Assembly (NCBI GenBank): GCA_050944015.1
Contig: JBMNQG010000026.1
Coordinates: forward strand, 1 to 27,284
Origin: Oscillospiraceae bacterium
Lineage (GTDB): Bacteria > Bacillota > Clostridia > Oscillospirales > Oscillospiraceae
Length of the DNA: 27,284 nt
Reading direction: 5' to 3'
Below, in pieces: positions 5,647-14,778 of the stretch (positions are counted from its first letter, which is position 1; the number at the start of each line of letters is the position of its first letter). Made by a program: the position numbers and the translations under genes. The notes beneath the pieces were generated by a model. The model saw nothing but the letters and a program-made list of their open reading frames with translations, ran no database searches and was not told the origin of the DNA.

Positions 5647-8246
5647 CAGGCATCTACTTTCTTTTTAAGCTCGTATAGAAGGTTCATGGCCTCGATGGGG
5701 GTTAAGGTGTCCAGGTTCACTTTACGCAGGCGCTCCATGACCTGGCCGGCGCCCACATCGCCGAGGCTAATCTGACCGTCCCGGGGCTGCCGGGGGGCGG
5801 AGGAGCTTATCCGGCCCCTACTTTCCTCCAGCTTTTTCAGGTGGGACTTGGCCCTGTTTATGACGCTCTCCGGCAGGCCGGCCAGCTTCGCCACTTCTAT
5901 TCCGTAGCTGTCGTCGGCGGCGCCGGGCACTATTTTCCGCAGGAAAATCAGGGTGTCCCCCTGCTTCTTGGCGGTTATGCTGTAATTGCGGACGCCGGGC
6001 AGCTCTCCCTCCAGGGCGGACAGCTCGTGGTAGTGGGTGGCGAACATGGTCTTTGCCCCCAGCTTCCGCTTGTCGGCGCAGTATTCCAGCACCGCCCTGG
6101 CTATGGCCATGCCGTCGTAGGTGGAGGTGCCCCGGCCTATCTCGTCCAGAATGAGCAGGCTGGCGGCTGTGGCGTGCTTTATTATCTCCGACATCTCCGT
6201 CATCTCCACCATGAAGGTGCTCTGGCCGGAGGCCAGGTCGTCGGAGGCGCCGATTCTGGTGAAGACCCTGTCCACAATGCCTATGGTGGCGCTCTTGGCC
6301 GGCACGAAGCTGCCCATCTGGGCCATGAGCACGATGAGGGCGGTCTGCCGCATGTAGGTGGACTTTCCAGCCATGTTGGGGCCGGTGATGATGGCCACCC
6401 TGTCGTCGGCGTCGTTTAAGAAAGTGTCGTTGGGGACGAAAAGCACGTCCTTCTGGGTGAGCTCCACCACCGGGTGCCGCCCCTCAATTATGTGTATGGT
6501 GCGGCCCATGTCCACTTCCGGCATGCAGTAGTTGTTCCTCACCGCCACTTCCGCCAGGGAGCAGAGGACGTCCAGCTGCGCCACCGCCTCCGCCGCAGCC
6601 TGCAGGCGCTTCACCTGCTTTGCCACGGTTTCCCTGACGTGGACGAAGTACTGGTATTCCAGCTCCGCAATCCGCTCCCTGGCGGTGAGGAGGGTGTTTT
6701 CCAGCTCCTTGAGCTCCTGGGTGAAGTAGCGCTCGCTGGACACCAGGGTCTGCTTTCTTATGTAGTCCTCCGGCACCTGGTCTGAAGCGCTGCGGGGCAT
6801 GTCTATGTAGTACCCGAATACACGGTTATAGCCCACTTTCAGCTTTTTTATACCCGTGCGCTCCCGCTCCCGCTGTTCCAGCTCGCTCACAAGCCGGGCG
6901 CCGTTGTCCCGGATTTCCCGCAGCCTGTCAACTTCCTCGCTGTAGCCGGTGCGGAGTATGCCGCCTTCCCGGACGGAAAAGGGAGGGTCGTCGCAGATGG
7001 CCCGGCTTATCAGGGCGCTCACGTCCTCCAGCACGTCCATGGCGGCTATCTCCCGCAGCATGGCGCTCCTTATGCCCTTGAGGCATTCCGCCAGGGCGGG
7101 GAGCCTTGAGCAGTAGCTGCCCAGGGCCAGCAGGTCCCGGCCGTTGGCGGTGCCGTACACCACCCGGCCCGCCAGCCGCTGTATGTCCCCGATTTCCTTC
7201 AGGTGCTGCATGAGTTCGCTGCGGACCACGTTGCCGGCCACAAGCTCCTGGACGGCTGCAAGCCGGCGCTTGATGGCCACGGGGGAGAGGAGGGGCCTCT
7301 CCACCCAGGAGCGCAGGAGCCTGCCCCCCATGGGGGTTTTTGTCTTGTCAAGGACCCAGAGGAGGCTGCCCCGCTTTTCGCCGGTGCGCAGGTTCTCCGT
7401 AAGCTCCAGGTTCTTTCGGGTGGTGTAGTCCAGCTCCATGTAACGGGAGCCGGAATATATGTCCAAAGCCCTTATATGGGCCAGCTCGCACTTTTGGGTT
7501 TCCTTTATGTAGCTTAAAAGCCCGCCGGCGGCGCAGACCCCGGCGGGGGAGTCGCCAAGGCCCGCCTGGTCTGTGCTGGAGACTCCAAACTGCTCGCAGA
7601 CCTGAGCGGCGCTTTGCATGAAGTCGAAGCGCTCGTCTCCCTTTTCAATGTGGCAGCCCAGGCGCTTTATAAGAAACTCGCATATTTCCCTGTTCTCAGA
7701 CGCCCCGGGGCTCAGCACCGCCTCCCTGGGGGAAAAGCGGGCCAGCTCGTTGATTATGTGGGTGGGGGCGTCCTCCCTGAAGGAGGTGAGGCAGAATTCC
7801 CCCGTGGAAATGTCGCAGAAGGCCACGGCGCCGGAGGTGTAGTCCAGGTATATGGAGCACAGGTAGTTGGACCTGCTCTCCTCCAGCATGGAGCTGTCCG
7901 TCACCGTGCCTGGGGTGATGACCCGTATGACCTCCCGGCTCACCAAGCCCTTGGCCAGGGCGGGGTCCTCCATCTGCTCGCAGATGGCCACCTTGTAGCC
8001 CTTTTGTATAAGCCGGGCTATATAGGCCTCCGCGGAATGGTAGGGGACGCCGCACATGGGGGTCTGGTCCTCCGGGTCCTTGCCCCTGTCTCTTGTGGTG
8101 AGGGTCAGGTCCAGCTCCTTCGAGGCGATTTTGGCGTCCTCGTCGAACATCTCGTAAAAGTCTCCCAGCCGGAAAAACAGAAGGCAGTTGGGGTACTTGG
8201 ACTTTATTTCGTAGTATTGCCTTTTCATGGGGGTGAGTTCCGCCAT
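5646..8246 (-). CDS. mutS: DNA mismatch repair protein MutS
   Basis: 866 aa. It has the N-terminal mismatch-binding region (TPMKRQYYEIKSKYPNCLLFFRLGDFYEMF), Walker A GPNMAGKST, and DEIGRGTSTYDG. A GGAGG SD is present. Confidence 0.97.
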   Translation of the reverse strand: MAELTPMKRQYYEIKSKYPNCLLFFRLGDFYEMFDEDAKIASKELDLTLTTRDRGKDPEDQTPMCGVPYHSAEAYIARLIQKGYKVAICEQMEDPALAKGLVSREVIRVITPGTVTDSSMLEESRSNYLCSIYLDYTSGAVAFCDISTGEFCLTSFREDAPTHIINELARFSPREAVLSPGASENREICEFLIKRLGCHIEKGDERFDFMQSAAQVCEQFGVSSTDQAGLGDSPAGVCAAGGLLSYIKETQKCELAHIRALDIYSGSRYMELDYTTRKNLELTENLRTGEKRGSLLWVLDKTKTPMGGRLLRSWVERPLLSPVAIKRRLAAVQELVAGNVVRSELMQHLKEIGDIQRLAGRVVYGTANGRDLLALGSYCSRLPALAECLKGIRSAMLREIAAMDVLEDVSALISRAICDDPPFSVREGGILRTGYSEEVDRLREIRDNGARLVSELEQRERERTGIKKLKVGYNRVFGYYIDMPRSASDQVPEDYIRKQTLVSSERYFTQELKELENTLLTARERIAELEYQYFVHVRETVAKQVKRLQAAAEAVAQLDVLCSLAEVAVRNNYCMPEVDMGRTIHIIEGRHPVVELTQKDVLFVPNDTFLNDADDRVAIITGPNMAGKSTYMRQTALIVLMAQMGSFVPAKSATIGIVDRVFTRIGASDDLASGQSTFMVEMTEMSEIIKHATAASLLILDEIGRGTSTYDGMAIARAVLEYCADKRKLGAKTMFATHYHELSALEGELPGVRNYSITAKKQGDTLIFLRKIVPGAADDSYGIEVAKLAGLPESVINRAKSHLKKLEESRGRISSSAPRQPRDGQISLGDVGAGQVMERLRKVNLDTLTPIEAMNLLYELKKKVDA

Positions 8247-8312
8247 TTTTAACCTCCGTTTCTGTGTATATGAAGGTTTTATCCGTGGTTTACGCAGGGG
8301 CGGCGAAAAGGG

Positions 8313-9725
8313 CTAAACCAGCTCCCCGAAAAGGGCCCAGGTGCTGCTTTCCGTAATCTTTACGTCCGCAAACTCGCCCAGGGCGGTGTTTTTGCCCTTT
8401 ATATGCACCAGCCTGCCGCCGTTGGTGCGGCCCCTGAAATCGCAGCGCCCGTCTTCGGACAGGTCGTCCACCAGGACACGCACAACCCTGCCCACGTAGG
8501 CGGCGTGCTTTTCCGCGGAAACAGCGTTCTGCAGGGCCAGCAGCCTGTCGAAGCGATGCTGCTTTTCCTCCCTGGTGACGGGGTCCGGCATTTCGGCGGC
8601 GGGGGTGCCGCTGCGCTTGGAGTAGATGAAGGTGAAGGCGGCGTCGAACCTGACCCGCTCCACCAGCCGGAGGGTGACCTCGAAATCCTCCTCTGTCTCG
8701 CCGGGGAAGCCCACTATAATGTCGGTGGTGATAACCAAATCCGGCATCAGCTCCCGGGCGCGGTCCACCAGAGCGATATACTGCTCCGGCGTATATACCC
8801 GGTTCATGGCCCTGAGTATCCTTGCGCTGCCGGACTGCACCGGCAGGTGAATGTGCCGGGCGCATTTTTCGCATTCCGCCATGGTGCTAAAGAGCTTTTC
8901 AGTGGCGTCCTTGGGGTGGCTGGTCATGAACCTGATGAGAAACTCCCCGGGGATTTCGTTCATCTGCCGGAGAAGGTCGGCAAAGTCGACCCCAAGCCCC
9001 AAATCCTTGCCGTAGGAGTTTACGTTCTGGCCCAGAAGGGTGATGTCCTTGTAGCCGTTCTCCACCAGGGTGCGGGCCTCCGCCAGTATGTCCCCGGGCA
9101 GGCGGGACCGCTCCCGGCCCCGGACGTAGGGCACCACGCAGTAGGTGCAGAAGTTGTTGCAGCCGTACATGATGGACAGCCACGCCTTTATGCCGCTGTC
9201 CCGGGCGTGGGGCACTCCCTCGGCAATGACCCCGTCCATGTCCCGGACGGCGAAAACCCGCTTCCTGCCGGACATGACCTGTTCCAGAAGCTCCGGAAAG
9301 CGCCAGAGCTCGTGGGTGCCGAAGACCAGGTCCACAATCCTGTAGGAGCGCTTTATTTTTTCCACCATGTGCTCCTGCTGCACCATGCAGCCGCACAGGG
9401 CGATTATCTGGTCGGGGTTTTTCTTCTTGGTGCGGTTCAGGGCCCCAACGTTGCTGAGTATGCGCAGCTCCGCGTGCTCCCGGACGGCGCAGGTGTTTAT
9501 AACTATAACGTCCGCCTCGTCCTCGTTCTGGGTGAAGGAGTAGCCCATCTCCCGCAGGTAGCCCCTTATCTTCTCGCTGTCGGCCTCGTTCTGCTGGCAG
9601 CCGTAGGTGTCCACCATGGCCAGGGGCGGCGAATAGAGCCCGTCGTTTTTTTCCCGTATTCTTTTGCAGATTTCGAGCTGGCGCTGAATGTCCTGCTCGC
9701 TTATTTCAACGCGTTTGTATGCCAT
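8313..9725 (-). CDS. miaB: tRNA (N6-isopentenyl adenosine(37)-C2)-methylthiotransferase MiaB
   Basis: It has the UPF0004 N-domain (TYGCQQNEADSEKI), the radical-SAM motif GCNNFCTYCVVP and a C-terminal TRAM domain. It lies upstream of mutS, as ymcB does in Bacillus. I chose the ATG at 9725 (MAYKRVEIS...) over the unsupported 51-codon extension to 9878. Confidence 0.85.
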   Translation of the reverse strand: MAYKRVEISEQDIQRQLEICKRIREKNDGLYSPPLAMVDTYGCQQNEADSEKIRGYLREMGYSFTQNEDEADVIVINTCAVREHAELRILSNVGALNRTKKKNPDQIIALCGCMVQQEHMVEKIKRSYRIVDLVFGTHELWRFPELLEQVMSGRKRVFAVRDMDGVIAEGVPHARDSGIKAWLSIMYGCNNFCTYCVVPYVRGRERSRLPGDILAEARTLVENGYKDITLLGQNVNSYGKDLGLGVDFADLLRQMNEIPGEFLIRFMTSHPKDATEKLFSTMAECEKCARHIHLPVQSGSARILRAMNRVYTPEQYIALVDRARELMPDLVITTDIIVGFPGETEEDFEVTLRLVERVRFDAAFTFIYSKRSGTPAAEMPDPVTREEKQHRFDRLLALQNAVSAEKHAAYVGRVVRVLVDDLSEDGRCDFRGRTNGGRLVHIKGKNTALGEFADVKITESSTWALFGELV

Positions 9726-9850
9726 AGCAACATCCTTAGGAAATTTATCGTATTTTTCATAATAACATTTTTGGGTGGAAGTTTCAATGATTATAATGTA
9801 TAATACCCATATTACCAGTAAAAACCCGATATTTTGACGCCCTATTGCGG

Positions 9851-10116
9851 TGTTCCGGGCGCCCGGCAGGGGATGCAAGTTGATATTGCCGCTGGCAATT
9901 ATCTATAGACGGCATGCCCTCCGGGCGGGGCTACTTTCTGTTCGGCCAGAAAGTAGCCAAAGAGCCGCACAAGAGGGGGGCTCTTACAAAGCCGCCCCCC
10001 CTTGCGAATCTCCCACCTGTAGTTCGGGACGGTGCGGTTAGTTTGAAAACTGTGCTGGAATAGGGAAAACAGACTTTAAAGGTGCGTCCCTCTGTTTCCG
10101 CTGAACGCTCCTGCGG
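9851..10116 (-). repeat. Structured intergenic repeat, B-core copy 5 plus linker and A-start motif (inverted orientation)
   Basis: The reverse complement of 9915-10116 aligns over its full length to the other B-cores. Hairpin 2 is at 9929-9958. Hairpin 1 is at 9971-10003 with one bulged A. 9851-9914 matches the linker that follows copy 3 (GGGCATGC-GTCTATAGAT-ATT-CCAGCGGCAA-ATCAA...CCCCTGCCGGG). Confidence 0.85.
9880..9909 (+). promoter_or_regulatory. Promoter-like motif TTGATA-18 nt-TATAGA facing mutL, inside the repeat linker
   Basis: TTGATA is at 9880-9885 and TATAGA at 9904-9909. I found no better sigma-A-like motif between 9910 and the mutL start at 10177. Confidence 0.3.
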
Positions 10117-10176
10117 CAGAGGATTTGAGATAAACGCTGGGAAGTTATTGCTGATTAAAAACTATTGGAGGACTTT

Positions 10177-12030
10177 ATGGCCAAAATAAACCTGCTCTCG
10201 CCTCATGTGGCGGATTTAATCGCCGCCGGGGAGGTGGTGGAGCGTCCGGGCTCCGTGGTTAAGGAGCTGCTGGAAAACTCAATAGACGCGGGGGCCAGGA
10301 ACATCACCCTGGAGATTCGGGGCGGGGGCATGACCTACATCCGGGTCACCGACGACGGCTGCGGCATGTCCCCGGAGGACGCGGGGTTGGCCTTTACCCG
10401 CCACGCCACCAGCAAGCTGAAAAGCGAGCGGGACCTGGAGGCCATAGGCACCCTGGGGTTCCGGGGGGAGGCCCTGGCGGCCATCGCCGCGGTGAGCATA
10501 ATTGAAATGATCACCCGCGAGAAGGGGTCCCCCGACGGCATAAGGGTAGTGCTGGTGGCGGGGGAAATCCTGGAAATGACGCCCTGGGGCTGCCCCGAGG
10601 GCACCACCATAATCGTGCGGGACCTTTTTTACAACACCCCCGCCAGGCTTAAGTTCATGAAGTCCGACAGGGCGGAGGGCGCAAACTGCGTTTCCGCCGC
10701 ACTGTGCTGCGCCCTGGGCAGGCCGGATGTTTCCCTGCGCTGCATAAAGGACGGGAAGGAGGAGTTTTTCTCCCCCGGGGACGGCAGGATTGACAGCTGC
10801 ATTTACAGCCTGCTGGGCAGGGACATGGCGTCCAACATGCTGGAGTGCGCATCCGGCGACGAGGCCGTGGCGGTCCGGGGGTATGTGAGCGTGCCCCACG
10901 CCGGCAGGGGCAACAGGAACTCCCAGTACTTCTTCTGCAACGGCAGGTATATTAAGTCCAAAACGCTCCAGGCGGCGCTGGAGCAGGCCTACCAGAACAG
11001 CATGATGACGGGGCGCTTTCCCTACTGCGTGCTGTACCTGGAGATGAGCTACGCCTCGGTGGACGTGAACGTGCATCCCACCAAGCGGGAGGTCAAGTTT
11101 TCCGACGAAAAGAGAGTCTTCGACGCTGTGTACTACGCCGCCCTGTCCGCCCTGAGCCGCGGCGGGAACACCGCCGAAATCCGGCTCTCCGGCGGCACCC
11201 AGGCGGTCCTGGGGCTGAAAAAGGACGGCTCCCGGGAAGGCGCACCCGTCTCGAAACCCGATACATACGCGGCCCCCGCCAGGAAGGAGGCTCCCCCGTT
11301 AAGCAAGGAGAGTCTTTTCCGGGCCCCTCTCCGGGAAGAGGAGTCGGGGTACCAGATAAGCATCCCAATGCCCAGGGAGGAAAGGCCGCGGCAGGCCGCT
11401 AACATTCCAATGTTTCACGTGAAACATGAAAAGGCGGCGCCGTCGGCAGACCCGGAGGCGCCCCCCGGCGAGAGCTTCCGCGTGGTGGGGGAGGCCCTGG
11501 GCACCTACATAATAGTGGAGCAGGGAGACGCCCTCACCCTCATTGACAAGCACGCCGCCCACGAGCGGATTATATTCGACAGGCTGAAGGCCCAGCAGGG
11601 CGAGCTTATGTCCCAGGTGCTGATTCTCCCCGCCACTTTCTCCCCGGGGGCGGAGGACCTGGAGCTGATTTTCGAGCACGGGGAGCTTCTGACCGAGCTG
11701 GGCTTTGAAATCGAGCCCTACGGGGAGGATTCGGTTGTCATCCGGGCGGTGCCCGCCGACACCGACGAGGACCCGGCGCCCATGCTGGAGGAGATGCTGG
11801 AAAAGCTCCGCTCCGGCAGGGCGGGGGACGCGGCCGGCCTGCGGGACCAGCTTCTCCACACCATCGCCTGCAAGGCCGCCATCAAGGCAGGCAGGCGCTC
11901 CGAGCCCGCGGAGCTGGAGGCCCTGGCGGGAAGGGTCATGTCCGGGGAGGTCAGGTACTGCCCCCACGGCCGCCCGGTGGCGGTGACCCTGACGAGGAAA
12001 GAGCTGGACCGGGAGTTTAAAAGGATTTAG
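10177..12030 (+). CDS. mutL: DNA mismatch repair protein MutL
   Basis: It has the GHKL ATPase N-terminus (LSPHVADLIAAGEVVERPGSVVKELLENSIDAG, DDGCGM), a Pro-rich linker and a C-terminal dimerisation/endonuclease domain (DKHAAHERI, ACKAAIKAG). The ATG at 10177 follows GGAGG by 5 nt. Confidence 0.95.
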   Translation: MAKINLLSPHVADLIAAGEVVERPGSVVKELLENSIDAGARNITLEIRGGGMTYIRVTDDGCGMSPEDAGLAFTRHATSKLKSERDLEAIGTLGFRGEALAAIAAVSIIEMITREKGSPDGIRVVLVAGEILEMTPWGCPEGTTIIVRDLFYNTPARLKFMKSDRAEGANCVSAALCCALGRPDVSLRCIKDGKEEFFSPGDGRIDSCIYSLLGRDMASNMLECASGDEAVAVRGYVSVPHAGRGNRNSQYFFCNGRYIKSKTLQAALEQAYQNSMMTGRFPYCVLYLEMSYASVDVNVHPTKREVKFSDEKRVFDAVYYAALSALSRGGNTAEIRLSGGTQAVLGLKKDGSREGAPVSKPDTYAAPARKEAPPLSKESLFRAPLREEESGYQISIPMPREERPRQAANIPMFHVKHEKAAPSADPEAPPGESFRVVGEALGTYIIVEQGDALTLIDKHAAHERIIFDRLKAQQGELMSQVLILPATFSPGAEDLELIFEHGELLTELGFEIEPYGEDSVVIRAVPADTDEDPAPMLEEMLEKLRSGRAGDAAGLRDQLLHTIACKAAIKAGRRSEPAELEALAGRVMSGEVRYCPHGRPVAVTLTRKELDREFKRI

Positions 12031-12048
12031 CTAGTGCCATAATAGCGT

Positions 12049-12084
12049 AAAAAAGAAGGGAGGCCCTCCTTCCGAAGGGCCTCC
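12049..12084. terminator. Terminator hairpin between convergent mutL and degV
   Basis: Perfect 9-bp stem GGAGGCCCT/AGGGCCTCC (12059-12084). An A6 tract lies on the plus-strand 5' side, which gives CTTCTTTTTT after the stem on the minus (degV) strand. Confidence 0.7.
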
Positions 12085-12101
12085 GCCGCAAGGCGCAGGG
12101 T

Positions 12102-12944
12102 TTACTTGTTCATGAACAGGATACCCAGGGTGTTGGGACCGCAGTGATTGGAGATGACGCAGCCCGCCCGGGTATGTATGATTTCCCCAAAGGGCTGGCA
12201 TGCCCTGACGGCGGCCTCCACTTCCATGTATATCTCGTCGCTGACGCCGGTGTCCGTGATGAAGATGCGCCGGGTGTCCACGTCGTCCCTGCCCTCAAGC
12301 CGGTCCACGACGTAGCTCACGAGGCATTTCTTCAGGGGGCCCCTGTATTTCTTGCCCACCCCCAGTTTGCCTTCCTTCACCTCAATGCAGGGCTTCAGGT
12401 TCAGGAGGTTCGCCCCCAGAGCAGCCACGGCGCTGCACCGGCCGCCCTTGTGCAGGTATTGGAGGGTATCCACGATAAAGCTGGCGTCCACCTTTTGGCT
12501 GAGGCGGTTCAGCTCCTCCGTTATCTCCTGAGGGTTTGCGCCCGCGGCGGCCATTTCCGCCGCTATCAGTACCAGATGGCTTATTCCGGTGGACAGGTTT
12601 CTGGAATCCACGACGTAGACGTTGTCAAGCTCCGAGGCCACAAGATACGCGTTCTGATGGCAGGCGGACAAATCGCTGGAAATGCTGACGTGAATTACCG
12701 CGTCGTATTCCTCCCGAATTTTCCTGAAAATGTCAATATAGTTTGAGATGCTGGCAGCGGCGGTGCTGCACATCTCCCCGCCGCCCTTGACATGTTCAAA
12801 TATATCCTGGGAAGTTATTTCCACTCCGTCGAGGAAGTTTTTTCCATCTTTAATGACATACAGGGGAAGAATGCCGATGTTGTACTTTTCCACTAGTTCC
12901 GGGGAAAGGTCGCAGGTGCTTTCGGACGTTACTTTGATTCTCAT
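12102..12944 (-). CDS. DegV-family fatty-acid-binding protein
   Basis: 280 aa. It has the typical DegV start (IKVTSESTCDLSPELVEKYNIGILPLYV) and the GGRCSA-type segment. A GGAGGG SD is present. Confidence 0.88.
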   Translation of the reverse strand: MRIKVTSESTCDLSPELVEKYNIGILPLYVIKDGKNFLDGVEITSQDIFEHVKGGGEMCSTAAASISNYIDIFRKIREEYDAVIHVSISSDLSACHQNAYLVASELDNVYVVDSRNLSTGISHLVLIAAEMAAAGANPQEITEELNRLSQKVDASFIVDTLQYLHKGGRCSAVAALGANLLNLKPCIEVKEGKLGVGKKYRGPLKKCLVSYVVDRLEGRDDVDTRRIFITDTGVSDEIYMEVEAAVRACQPFGEIIHTRAGCVISNHCGPNTLGILFMNK

Positions 12945-13018
12945 ACATTTCCCTCCGTTTGCGATATTTTAACACAGTCCCTTTTAGAATTGGAAGAGTT
13001 TTTTGTAGGAGGTATAAA

Positions 13019-13254
13019 ATGACAATTGATTTTACGGACAAGCAGTTCTCCCTTTTGAAGGAGATAATAGCTGAATACCAGGAATACTGCTATCAGGGAA
13101 TGATAGACTACCAGTGGGCCGCCCTGGACGCGGAGGACGCGGCCGTCAAGCAGGAGTACAAAGCCCTGGCCCAGGGGGAGGAGGACCGCTTCACGGAGTC
13201 CAAGGCGCTTCTGGAATATATAGAAAAATACGAGGAGCTCATAAAGAACAGAAA

Positions 13255-13258
<4 letters not shown>
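13019..13258 (+). CDS. Small acidic hypothetical protein (79 aa) translationally coupled to miaA
   Basis: The ATG at 13019 follows an AGGAGG SD. The helical acidic sequence is MTIDFTDKQFSLLKEIIAEYQEY... The stop TGA (13256-13258) overlaps the miaA ATG (13255) as ATGA. Confidence 0.6.
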
Positions 13259-14199
<941 letters not shown>

Positions 14200-14270
14200 C
14201 TTTTGTACAGTTACAGCCGAAGGGCTGCCCTCTGCGCCAGTGGAAAGCAAAACAGGACAAAAGGGGGATT

Positions 14271-14303
14271 GTCTTTTCCTCCGGCCTTGCCGGAGGAAAA
14301 GAC
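14271..14303 (+). other. Perfect 14-bp stem-loop between miaA and hfq
   Basis: GTCTTTTCCTCCGG-CCTTG-CCGGAGGAAAAGAC. There is no U-tract on the plus strand, so it is not a canonical terminator. Confidence 0.5.
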
Positions 14304-14374
14304 AGTATGTGAAGAAACAGCTTTTCACTAAAAGGACAAGCCCTCAAGTGGAGCCTTTATAGACTTTCTATTGG

Positions 14375-14403
14375 TTGTGCGGGGTTTTGTACAAAATTAC
14401 TAT
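14375..14403 (+). promoter_or_regulatory. Candidate sigma-A promoter for hfq (TTGTGC-17 nt-TACTAT)
   Basis: Hexamers are at 14375-14380 and 14398-14403 with a 17-nt spacer, about 60 nt upstream of the hfq ATG. Confidence 0.3.
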
Positions 14404-14465
14404 TTTATGGAGCGGCCCGCTGTGTTAAGATAGAATGGGCCGCCGGGAAAGGGAGTTGGCTACAT

Positions 14466-14696
14466 ATGCAAAAAACACAGAATCTGCAGGACATCTTTCT
14501 CAATCAGGCCCGCCGGGAAAAACTGCCGGTTACCATCTTCCTCATGAACGGCTTCCAGCTAAAGGGAGTCATCCGGGGTTTCGACAGCTTCATTGTGATT
14601 GTGGACTCTGACGGCAAGCAGCAGATGATTTATAAGCACGCTATCTCTACCATTGTGCCACCAAGACCTATTGACCTATTCATTCAAAGCATATAA
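14466..14696 (+). CDS. hfq: RNA chaperone Hfq
   Basis: 76 aa with Sm1/Sm2 motifs: [40 protein letters not shown]...[10 protein letters not shown]. It lies directly after miaA, as in Bacillus. Confidence 0.95.
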   Translation: MQKTQNLQDIFLNQARREKLPVTIFLMNGFQLKGVIRGFDSFIVIVDSDGKQQMIYKHAISTIVPPRPIDLFIQSI

Positions 14697-14778
14697 GATA
14701 ATAATGGCAAATTCTGATTATTCAGGTTTGCGGGCCGCGCCGGCGGGCGCGGGCCCCCGAACCCGCTTGAGGCAATAA

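Noticed and set aside
9726-9878. Longer N-terminal extensions offered by the ORF track: miaB to 9878, miaA to 13114, mutL TTG at 10165, ridA GTG at 627, ileS TTG at 18231, and divIVA GTG at 17405.
   Set aside because: In each case an internal ATG has a properly spaced Shine-Dalgarno sequence and matches the conserved family N-terminus. The extensions are hydrophobic or low-complexity and lack an SD.
1-10116. Repeat family as an IS-derived MITE or IS200/IS605-type PATE.
   Set aside because: This is not excluded, but I cannot support it. I could not find terminal inverted repeats or target-site duplications bracketing any copy, and no transposase is present. The element is therefore reported only as an unclassified structured repeat.
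14730-14757. GC-rich hairpin between hfq and the HlyD-like gene, considered as the hfq terminator.
   Set aside because: The stem is plausible (GCGCC-GGCG-GGCGC core with extensions), but no T-tract follows on either strand and the next start codon is about 20 nt away. There is too little support to call it a terminator.
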